Positions 1 through 7,983 of a stretch of DNA of 64,000 nt are shown in pieces. A program made the translations under genes and the position numbers. How positions within the stretch are numbered: the first letter of the stretch is position 1; each line of letters begins with the position of its first letter. Below the pieces are notes generated by a model that was given only the letters and a program-made list of their open reading frames with translations, made no database searches and was not told the DNA's origin. Origin of the DNA: Oscillospiraceae bacterium (GTDB lineage: Bacteria; Bacillota; Clostridia; Oscillospirales; SIG627); contig JAYFRN010000043.1 of the NCBI GenBank assembly GCA_034925865.1, positions 4,360-68,359 on the forward strand. The letters run 5' to 3'.

Positions 1-274
1 ATAACACGATGAAAATGTTTTTAAGTTTTTGGGAAACACCAAACAAAGACGAAATTGATGTTTGGATTATAAACGATTGGTGTTGAAGTGAGTATTGATA
101 GTCATGCGAAAAGCATTTAAATGAGGATTCTGCAAAGAAATAAATTATTTTCTTGAATGCACTACCTGCAACATGCGGCACAAAATCCACTTGATGGGAA
201 TTGAAAGCTTTTTCTCCGACAAACTATTATAAAGGATATACTGACAGCCCGTAGCGTGAAAATTATACACGATC

Positions 275-874
275 ATGAATAAAAAAGAAGTGATGAATGT
301 GAAAAAACAGAAATATTACCTCTACCACTATTACGAGCGTAATTTTGGACCGTTTATGCCGCTAACCGCATTGCCGATGAATGAAGCAAAAGAAATTTTG
401 CTAATACAAGAAGCCGCTGGGAAATTCCACAATCCCGACATCGACGGATTTTTACAGAAACGATATGATCGTGACAAGCTTCTTCGTGAGATGTTTATAA
501 AACATGGTGGCAAGCCTGAACGTACTGCCCCGGTGTATATGATGCTCGGAGAACACAAACAGTGGGAATCGGCATATGAAAACCCTGCGGTTATCAAAAT
601 CCCGCTTAAAGAATTTGATCCCCTCACCGTCTCATTTACATACGGCGATTCATTTTCAGTTTTAAATTCGTCACTTTTTGGCGATGAGGAATATTGGAAC
701 AAGGTATATTTTGCGGACGAAATGTTGCAAATCATTGACAGACTTGGTTTCCCTCCTTATGTGGAATACGATTTCAAACGCGGGATATATCCGATAGACA
801 AAAATATAAATCATCACTTGAAGTATGTTGAAGCTCATATTTGGAGCGACGAGACGATTATGAAATATATATGA
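275..874 (+). CDS. hypothetical protein (199 aa)
   Basis: Long uninterrupted ORF. The antisense ORF 331-735 looks like its shadow. No catalytic or family motif recognised by eye. Confidence 0.5.
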   Translation: MNKKEVMNVKKQKYYLYHYYERNFGPFMPLTALPMNEAKEILLIQEAAGKFHNPDIDGFLQKRYDRDKLLREMFIKHGGKPERTAPVYMMLGEHKQWESAYENPAVIKIPLKEFDPLTVSFTYGDSFSVLNSSLFGDEEYWNKVYFADEMLQIIDRLGFPPYVEYDFKRGIYPIDKNINHHLKYVEAHIWSDETIMKYI

Positions 875-887
875 GGGGAATTGAAAG

Positions 888-1229
888 ATGAAATTTGCCT
901 CTGTTTGTATCCATACCGATAACGCTCCGCGCCTTGCTGAGTTTTACGAAAAAGTATTACAGGAAAAACCGGAGGTTGACGGGACTCATTATGGTTTCTC
1001 TAAAATTGCTGTGTATGATGATGGAAATGTCACGATGTCCGAACATAAAAATATGTCGATAATGTTATCCACCGAGGATTTACAAGTCGAATATAACCGT
1101 CTGCTAAAAGAGTTCCCCGATTTAGTTGTGACATCACCGCCACAGCGTCGTCCGTGGGGCGCGTTTTCATTTTGGTTTCTAGACCTCGATGGTAATACGG
1201 TAAGTGTATTTGAATATAAGGAGGACTAA
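888..1229 (+). CDS. VOC (glyoxalase/bleomycin-resistance fold) family protein, 113 aa
   Basis: GAGGGG RBS just upstream of the ATG. C-terminal WGAFSFWFLDLDGNTVSVFE is the typical terminal beta-strand pair of VOC-fold proteins. Confidence 0.7.
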   Translation: MKFASVCIHTDNAPRLAEFYEKVLQEKPEVDGTHYGFSKIAVYDDGNVTMSEHKNMSIMLSTEDLQVEYNRLLKEFPDLVVTSPPQRRPWGAFSFWFLDLDGNTVSVFEYKED

Positions 1230-1233
1230 ACTT

Positions 1234-2001
1234 ATGCTTTGCCCTAGATGTAAAAAAGACGACCCACAAAACAGAGAGATGTGTCCTGACTGCGGCGCGC
1301 CGATAAGACCTATTCCCGTACCTGCGGGAGGTAAAATTAAGTTCGGCAAATATGACTGGTTTGTCTTGGATAAACAAGATGATAAAATGCTTATTCTAAC
1401 CGAAAATGTTATAGAAAAGCATCCGTATCACCATGGAGAAACTGAAATCACGTGGGAAACCTGCGATATGCGAACATATCTGAACAGCGAGTTTTATGAT
1501 TCGTTTGAAGAAAATGACAGAAACCGCATTATTGAAGTCACAAACGAAAATCGGGACAATCCGTGGTATGGCACAAGTGGTGGTAATCCCACTACCGACA
1601 AGGTGTTTTTACTAAGTATCGACGAGGTTCTGAAATATTTCGGTGACAGCGGTCAGATAAAAACGCGGTATATGTATCCTTCTCCATGGGGCGACTGGTG
1701 CAAGGACGAATTTCTGCCGTGGATTGACGACCAATACAACATAGCACGCCGTGTTGTAGATGACACGGGCATTGTTCGGTTCTGGAGATTGCGGTCGCCC
1801 GGCGCGAATAGGTACCGTATCGCTTTCGTATCAGGCTTTTGCGGAGACGGATTTGACCAGGGCGTTATAGACATATCAGGTTGTTCCGGGTTAATAGATG
1901 GACATTTTGAGTTTGATAGTTTCGGTTCTCTGTCGAATGGTCTGGAGGACGAGCATTGTATAAACGGCATTCGTCCGGCATTATGGCTAAAAACATGTTG
2001 A
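1234..2001 (+). CDS. zinc-ribbon plus DUF6273-like protein
   Basis: AAGGAGG at 1218-1224 then ATG 1234; the track ORF starts earlier at 1204. N-terminal CPRC...CPDC ribbon. FGKYDWFVLD...ITWETCDMRTYLNSEF...TTDKVFLLSIDEV matches my memory of the Firmicute DUF6273 pattern (family name from memory). Confidence 0.6.
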   Translation: MLCPRCKKDDPQNREMCPDCGAPIRPIPVPAGGKIKFGKYDWFVLDKQDDKMLILTENVIEKHPYHHGETEITWETCDMRTYLNSEFYDSFEENDRNRIIEVTNENRDNPWYGTSGGNPTTDKVFLLSIDEVLKYFGDSGQIKTRYMYPSPWGDWCKDEFLPWIDDQYNIARRVVDDTGIVRFWRLRSPGANRYRIAFVSGFCGDGFDQGVIDISGCSGLIDGHFEFDSFGSLSNGLEDEHCINGIRPALWLKTC

Positions 2002-2106
2002 TAGAAAAGGAACGATAAAATATAATTTCATGTATTTAATAATACTTCCTTGACTCTGCCGTAACGTCAAGTGATATACTGTCCGCAAAGGAGATAATAG
2101 AGCGCT

Positions 2107-4785
2107 ATGAATTTAATTAAAATAACCGAACTCAGCACTGAGATAGGCCTTTCATCACGGACATTGCGGTATTACGAGGAAGCGGGGCTTATCACGAGCG
2201 TTCGACCACAATTTGAAAAGTATCGCTTTTATGATGAGCAGAATGTGCAGCGGCTGCGGCAGATAATGGTACTTCGGAAAATGCAGATACCCATAAAGGA
2301 TATCGTGCGGATTTACGAAAGCCACGAAATGTCGGCAATCACGCAGGTTTTCGTGGACAAAATCAATGAAATCGACGGCGAGGTCACCGCCTTATCCGAG
2401 CTTAAACGCATCATAAACGAATTCTTACAGAAGATGATTGAAAAAGGCATAAAGCAGATTTCAGCTTTGCCGCTTTTATACGAGGAAATGGACAAGCAGC
2501 TCACCTCACGGGAAAATATCAACATGGAACAAAAAAACTTCGCGTTAAGCGAAGCTTTGAATGAGGTATCGGAAAAGCTCGCAAAGCCACTCGACATATC
2601 GATTATCAGGTTACCGAAAATGCGAGTTCTGTCTTCATACTTAAAAGATGATGCGGAAACATCCGACACCACAGCTTTCATGCGTTATCTGCAAATGAAC
2701 GGAATGAAAGCCGACAATTACGGCAGCTTTGAGTATCAGGAAAACGACTGCGACGTTATGATTACAAAAATTGCAGATGGTTTTACAAACGACAGCAATT
2801 TTACCGATTTCATTTTTGACGGCGGTTATTTTGCCGCGGCGAACGTGTATCTCGACGACGACTTAGCACAATCGTTTTATTCGCTTGTAAAAAGCTTTGA
2901 TGATAATAAATTTTATCAGATTGACTACACAGCCGACGGCAATCTGCGTCACGCCGCCATGCTTGAAAATCTCATTTCTCCCGACGAGCGGCGGCAGCTT
3001 GTGGCGTTATATGTCCCCGTAAAAAAGAGGATTCCGGACGTGTCGCTTTATCCGAAGCCAACCGAAATCACCAATATTACGGTCGGTGTACTAAAAAAGC
3101 AAAATCCTATACTGTGGGAAAAAGAAGTCGAGCTTGATAAGCTCACACCGATAAACAATCCGCATTACAGAGTTATGGAAAACGGCGAAGTGGAGTATAC
3201 CGGTTGGATTTCCACACGGACTCTGAGTACAAATGTATCGGTCAAGCTCCCGTTTCGAGTAGATATCGAGTTTCGTGTGCCGATGGATGACGAGCAGTTC
3301 GGCTATGGTGATAATGAGGGCAGCATTATCTTTTATCATGGCGATGATAACGGCTATAACATCGGGGTGAATCTCGGAATTATGGGCTTCGGCATCAACA
3401 TGAATAATCACTCAAACCGTCCGGAGGAATCCATAAGTTTTCATCAGCCGGTTTTCCATGACTATTACAATTTTCCACATAAGGGCAGGATCAAGCCGAA
3501 CGAGTATAACCACGTCACATGGATAATCGGTCAAAAATACCTAGCGGTCATAATAAACGGCGAAATCCGGTATTGCGGCGCCAATTTTCCGTATATGTAT
3601 CTTGATTTGAACAGCGAGAAAGCGTATCCCGTTGTAATCGGTTCAAACGGGCAGGGAAAGAAATATTTTAGAGCGATTAAAATTTCTCAGCTTGCGTATT
3701 CCCCGAAAACCAAAATAAAGAACGGAGAGCTGACCATGATCACAAAACAAAGCAACAGCATTATTTCGATTATCCATCGTCTTATCACCGACGAATATGG
3801 AGAAAACTACTGGTTCAACGGTTCGGCGAAATATGTTATGGAATGTCTCGGGGAGAAAGAATATGATTATTGGTTTTTCGCCGGAATTACGGGTGATGTA
3901 TTTACACAGCATTACAAACAACCGTTTATGGGCGATAGCATTGACGCGCATTATCAAGTAAATGGCGATTTCGGATTCTTCGAGCGTATTTTTGAGAAAT
4001 GCGGATATGCGTCAACCTTTGTCACATTGAAGGATATATCCAAAAACAAAGAAATGTATCTCAATGCGCTCATTGGATATATCGATAAAGGAATCCCCGT
4101 CATAGCGCTGGTAAACGGAATTAATAAGGAATACAGCAGCGGTTTTTTAGACGGCGTTTTTGTTGGATACGAGGAGCACGGAAAAACGCTGCTTTATATA
4201 ACAGGCAATAATAACGAGCCGCAGCGTATTCCATTTGATAAAGCAATCGATAGTGACAAACAAGAGCTAAACGGCTGGGTTTTCGTCGGTGAGAAAAAAA
4301 AGCAAAAGGATCTTGCAACACTCTATCGTGAAGCAATTTATGCACTACCTGAGCTTCTGACTACCAATAACGATAAATACTGCTTCGGTTCGGCAGCTTT
4401 CCGTGTGTGGGCAGATGATGTGGAAAACGGACATTTCGACGGCATGAAACCGGAAGAATTTGACGGCTGGTCGATGTATACCAACTTCGTCTGCGTGCTT
4501 GCGACCAACGGCAGCTGCTGTCATGGCTTTTTACAGCGTGCAAAGGAGCTGAATCCAGATATGACATATCTGGATGAGATAAGTAAGCTGTATAAGCGAA
4601 CGGGGGAAATCTGGAACAACGACAACGGGAACGACCTGGAAGCCCTCGGGGGCGGCTTCAATGTCACGCTGGAAGCATTGCAAACACCTGAAAAGCGGTC
4701 AAAGATCGCCGCGAGAATCCGCGAGTGCGGGGATATTATGGACAAGGTTGTTAATATACTTAAAGAAAACATAAGGGATGAATAA
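2107..4785 (+). CDS. MerR-family transcriptional regulator with very large multidomain C-terminal extension (892 aa)
   Basis: N-terminal MerR HTH (ITELSTEIGLSSRTLRYYEEAGLI...YRFYDEQNVQRLRQI). A GyrI-like effector-type segment follows (IIRLPKMRVLSSY...FDGGYFAAANV). Next is a jelly-roll-like segment ending GQGKKYFRAIKISQL. The last ~349 aa (from internal Met at 3736) are paralogous to the 5076-6095 product. Confidence 0.8.
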   Translation: MNLIKITELSTEIGLSSRTLRYYEEAGLITSVRPQFEKYRFYDEQNVQRLRQIMVLRKMQIPIKDIVRIYESHEMSAITQVFVDKINEIDGEVTALSELKRIINEFLQKMIEKGIKQISALPLLYEEMDKQLTSRENINMEQKNFALSEALNEVSEKLAKPLDISIIRLPKMRVLSSYLKDDAETSDTTAFMRYLQMNGMKADNYGSFEYQENDCDVMITKIADGFTNDSNFTDFIFDGGYFAAANVYLDDDLAQSFYSLVKSFDDNKFYQIDYTADGNLRHAAMLENLISPDERRQLVALYVPVKKRIPDVSLYPKPTEITNITVGVLKKQNPILWEKEVELDKLTPINNPHYRVMENGEVEYTGWISTRTLSTNVSVKLPFRVDIEFRVPMDDEQFGYGDNEGSIIFYHGDDNGYNIGVNLGIMGFGINMNNHSNRPEESISFHQPVFHDYYNFPHKGRIKPNEYNHVTWIIGQKYLAVIINGEIRYCGANFPYMYLDLNSEKAYPVVIGSNGQGKKYFRAIKISQLAYSPKTKIKNGELTMITKQSNSIISIIHRLITDEYGENYWFNGSAKYVMECLGEKEYDYWFFAGITGDVFTQHYKQPFMGDSIDAHYQVNGDFGFFERIFEKCGYASTFVTLKDISKNKEMYLNALIGYIDKGIPVIALVNGINKEYSSGFLDGVFVGYEEHGKTLLYITGNNNEPQRIPFDKAIDSDKQELNGWVFVGEKKKQKDLATLYREAIYALPELLTTNNDKYCFGSAAFRVWADDVENGHFDGMKPEEFDGWSMYTNFVCVLATNGSCCHGFLQRAKELNPDMTYLDEISKLYKRTGEIWNNDNGNDLEALGGGFNVTLEALQTPEKRSKIAARIRECGDIMDKVVNILKENIRDE

Positions 4786-4822
4786 GAAAATAAACATGCA
4801 GAAAGCGAGATTCACAACACTA

Positions 4823-5075
4823 TGAAAAAGCTTGATTTTTCAATCCCGTTTTCGGGATTCTGCTCCACATCATTTATCAATTGCTTCGCTTCCGTTTATA
4901 TGTATCTTGAGGGATTCGACGCGTAGACAACGGCGTGACCTTCTGTAACGAGTGGGTTAACGGGTCAGTGCAGCTGCTGCAGAAACTGCGCTACCAAGCC
5001 GCAGGCTTTGCAGGAACGCTTCTTTTTCCTTTTGAAACGCAGATAAAAATTCAAATAAAGAATGGAGAACTAACC
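4823..5075 (+). pseudogene. decayed ORF remnant
   Basis: 34-codon ORF MKKLDFSIPFSGFCSTSFINCFASVYMYLEGFDA ends at a TAG. An open frame then continues shifted by one nucleotide. Confidence 0.3.
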
Positions 5076-6095
5076 ATGATAACAAAACAAAGCAATAATC
5101 AGATTTCAAACATTCAAACATATTGCGTCGGTGAACGCGGTGAGAATTTTGCTTTTGACGGCGCTTGTGAGCGGCTCATGGATTGCCTCGGAGAAAAGGA
5201 TCTCGGCTATTGGCTGATTGCGGGTATTACAGGAGATTGTTTCGCACAGGTATATCCCAAAAATCATACCTTTTACAGCGACCGTTATTGCGTATCCGAT
5301 TATAATATACTGTATCATGATGACTGCACGAGTTATATAGAGGGTATATTTGATAAAATGGGGTATGCTTGCACCTATATCCCGAAAGAAAGACTTTTAT
5401 CAAATAAGGAAATGTATCGGCAAACACTTATAGCTTACATTGACAAAGGCTTACCAATCATGCAATTCAAGGGAAATTACAGCCTAATTTGCGGTTATGA
5501 AGAACATGGTAATATTCTTTTGCAACGATACCCATGTAACGATAATTTTGAAAAGTTTTCACTGGATGAAACCTATTTTGCTGACAATGAATTGAAGGGT
5601 TGGATTTTTATCGGAGAAAAAAAGGAACAGAAAATACTTGCCGATATTTACCGGGAAGCTGTTTTAAAAATGCCCGAAATTTTAACAACAGAAACTGATA
5701 AGTATTACTTCGGAGCCAGAGCATTCTATGCGTGGGCTAAGGATATAGAAAATGGTTTTTATGACGGTAAAACGCAAGATGAAGTAGATTTATGGGGAAC
5801 ACATACAAGCTTTGTCTGCGATTTTGAAACAATTGCAGCAACATCGGGACGGTTTTTATCAAAAGCGTTAGAATTTAATCATGACTTGAGCTTTATTTCG
5901 GAAATCATTTCTATTCTCGGCAGGCAAGGCACATATGCAAACGGCGGGCTTGAAGATTTAGGAGGCGGATTTAATGTTACGCTTGAGGCGTTGCAGAACA
6001 TAGAGAAGCGGACAAAAATTGCCGCAAAAATCCGAAAATTTGGGGACTGTATTGATCAGGTTGTTAAGATATTGAATGAAAATATTAAAGGATGA
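5076..6095 (+). CDS. stand-alone paralogue of the C-terminal domain of the 892-aa MerR protein (339 aa), function unknown
   Basis: GGAGA RBS at 5064-5068 then ATG 5076; the track ORF begins at an upstream GTG at 4935. By eye roughly half the residues match MerR protein aa 544-892 (MITKQSN, AGITGD, NKEMY, YIDKG, GYEEHG, GEKK.QK, LGGGFNVTLEALQ, KIAA.IR). Confidence 0.65.
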   Translation: MITKQSNNQISNIQTYCVGERGENFAFDGACERLMDCLGEKDLGYWLIAGITGDCFAQVYPKNHTFYSDRYCVSDYNILYHDDCTSYIEGIFDKMGYACTYIPKERLLSNKEMYRQTLIAYIDKGLPIMQFKGNYSLICGYEEHGNILLQRYPCNDNFEKFSLDETYFADNELKGWIFIGEKKEQKILADIYREAVLKMPEILTTETDKYYFGARAFYAWAKDIENGFYDGKTQDEVDLWGTHTSFVCDFETIAATSGRFLSKALEFNHDLSFISEIISILGRQGTYANGGLEDLGGGFNVTLEALQNIEKRTKIAAKIRKFGDCIDQVVKILNENIKG

Positions 6096-6099
6096 ATAA

Positions 6100-6414
6100 G
6101 AAAATAAACATACAGAAAGCGAGAGAAAGTCTGAGCATGTCTACGACAGCATCGGAAATGTAAAAACGCTCGGAAAACCTGAATTCGGCGATATACTCAA
6201 TACAATAAGCTGGCGTTATGGCTACACCCACGATCTTGCGTGGTCGATAATCGGGCTTGACGAGTGCATAAACTGGGATGACTGGAAGTCGCATTATTAC
6301 GGCGATATGCTAGAAGTCATTCTCTTGAAATTCAAAGAAAATGATGAAGCTGTGCTTGAATGCATTAAAAAACTGATAACCGCTCTCGGCGAAAATCATG
6401 AACGAAAGATATAA
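6100..6414 (+). pseudogene. start-less 104-codon open frame, likely 3' gene remnant
   Basis: Frame is open from the TAA at 6097-6099 to the TAA at 6412-6414 (...KTLGKPEFGDILNTISWRYGYTHDLAWSIIGLDECINWDDWKSHYYGDMLEV...). There is no ATG/GTG/TTG until very late. Its first codons are homologous to the spacer after the 892-aa gene. Confidence 0.3.
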
Positions 6415-6441
6415 TCACCTCTATATAAGGAGAATAAGAAA

Positions 6442-6951
6442 ATGAGCGATAAGATAAAATATTCAAAATTTGAGTACATTGAAATACCCGCACTGCGTTT
6501 CATAGGCATAGACGCATGGCGAACAAAAGAGGACTGGGGCGATATGTGGCGGCGTAAGGATGAATTTCTGCCACAGCTTGAATCCATGAAGGAAAGTCTC
6601 GATTTGACAATACCGCATGTATGCGCTTTTTGCCACCACGACGACGGTGAAGTTGACGTTGTTAACCGTTATTTGATTGGAAGATTTTTCAAAGCTGATA
6701 CCACTGTACCAGACGGATATGATTACCACGATTTGAAACCGCAAATAGTTGCATATGCCGTATTTGATAATGGCGTGGAGAATGAATTTTTTTTAAGATA
6801 TGAAATTACACGGGATAAAATATTGGGCGACGGTATCGGGATTCCTTATCCAGTAGGATATTGGCACGGAGAAGTATACATCGATAAAACTCCGGTTGAT
6901 CCGACGTTTTGTTGCGGTGTCCTGTTTGCCTGTAACAAAGGGAAAGTATGA
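6442..6951 (+). CDS. putative GyrI-like / AraC-effector-binding-fold small-molecule-binding protein (169 aa)
   Basis: AAGGAGA RBS. N-terminal FEYIEIPALRFIGID strand motif is typical of GyrI-like domains. Assignment is by pattern only. Confidence 0.45.
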   Translation: MSDKIKYSKFEYIEIPALRFIGIDAWRTKEDWGDMWRRKDEFLPQLESMKESLDLTIPHVCAFCHHDDGEVDVVNRYLIGRFFKADTTVPDGYDYHDLKPQIVAYAVFDNGVENEFFLRYEITRDKILGDGIGIPYPVGYWHGEVYIDKTPVDPTFCCGVLFACNKGKV

Positions 6952-6987
6952 TTATTCTAAAAATATAGTATTGAAAGGAAAGATAAA

Positions 6988-7524
6988 ATGAAACAGAAAC
7001 CCCTTGAAAACGAGCATGTTATTGTACACAGCTTTACTTCCGGGGATTGGCGGGATTTACGTGATATTGCATTATCGAACGCTGCTTCTGATTTTGCATA
7101 TTGCGATGAACAATGGCCTACTGACGAAGAATCTATAAAAGGAATGGCTGATTACTTGGCAACAAACGATAGCATGTCAGCAATTTACGCTAAAGACATA
7201 GATAAGGTTGTATGCTTTGTTAATTTCAACAGAATAACTGATGAAAAATATCTTGATATCGGTCATGTTATGAATCTTGAATTTGCCGGTCGAGGGTATG
7301 AGTACGAAGGCCTTCGCCTGTTATATAAATTTGCATTTGAGACAATGGAGATTGATGGAATTCGTTCATATTGGGCGTTTGATGATAAGGTAAAGTTAGA
7401 ACCGCTCATGAAGCTTGGAATGAAAGTCACGAGGAAATTTCAAAACAATTACTTCGGTGGCAAAAAGGGAACCTTCACGGGTTGCGAACTTAAGGTGTCG
7501 AGAGAAGAATTTTATAAAGGGTGA
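6988..7524 (+). CDS. GNAT-family N-acetyltransferase (178 aa)
   Basis: GAAAGGAAAG RBS. The core LDIGHVMNLEFAGRGYEYEGLRLLYKFAFE resembles the GNAT acetyl-CoA-binding motif A region. Confidence 0.6.
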   Translation: MKQKPLENEHVIVHSFTSGDWRDLRDIALSNAASDFAYCDEQWPTDEESIKGMADYLATNDSMSAIYAKDIDKVVCFVNFNRITDEKYLDIGHVMNLEFAGRGYEYEGLRLLYKFAFETMEIDGIRSYWAFDDKVKLEPLMKLGMKVTRKFQNNYFGGKKGTFTGCELKVSREEFYKG

Positions 7525-7531
7525 TGATATA

Positions 7532-7681
7532 ATGGACGAAAAAATCACACCAACAAAATTTGAGTACATAGAAATACCTGCCCTGCGTTTTATCGGCATA
7601 GATGCGTGGGACTGGGGCGATATGTGGCAACTTTTACTTTATCTTCCGCCGCTGAAATTTCATCATATCTTGCTTTATTAA
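7532..7681 (+). pseudogene. truncated duplicate of the 5' end of the 6442-6951 gene
   Basis: MDEKITPTKFEYIEIPALRFIGIDAW-DWGDMWQ matches MSDKIKYSKFEYIEIPALRFIGIDAWRTKEDWGDMWR with a 5-codon deletion. Similarity is lost after ~33 codons and the frame stops at 7681, next to repeat copy A. Confidence 0.55.
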
Positions 7682-7686
7682 CTAGT

Positions 7687-7790
7687 CATTTAAATAATTA
7701 CCGCTTAAAGAGAGAAAAGCCTTTGGTATATGGGCTTTTCTCTCTTATAAGGTAGGACATATTTAATTGCCGAGTTAATAATTGAACCAC
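7687..7790. repeat. palindromic intergenic repeat, copy A (inverted relative to copies B, F and G)
   Basis: Perfect 14-bp inner stem AAGAGAGAAAAGCC (7708-7721) / GGCTTTTCTCTCTT (7733-7746). Outer arm TTTAATTGCCGAGTTAATAA. Confidence 0.7.
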
Positions 7791-7894
7791 CGTGTACCGA
7801 ATGGTATGCATGGTGGTGTAAGAGGTCGGTCAATCAATTAATAGATGACCTCCAACTCGATTATATATTTATGATTCTGATTCAATAAATCCAC

Positions 7895-7923
7895 TTTACA
7901 AATGATTATTAGAGTTATATAAT
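7895..7923 (+). promoter_or_regulatory. candidate sigma-A promoter for the giant lipoprotein gene
   Basis: TTTACA (7895-7900), 17-nt spacer, TATAAT (7918-7923), ~60 nt upstream of ATG 7984. Confidence 0.45.
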
Positions 7924-7983
7924 ATAGTATATAACCTGGCACTAATAAAAGATCTTGCCATAAATTTAATGTTTTGTTGTTAA

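Noticed and set aside
7457-7681. 74-aa track ORF treated as a real gene.
   Set aside because: Its first 25 codons are an out-of-frame overlap of the GNAT gene's 3' end. Only the part from ATG 7532 is meaningful, and that part is a truncated duplicate of the GyrI-like gene.
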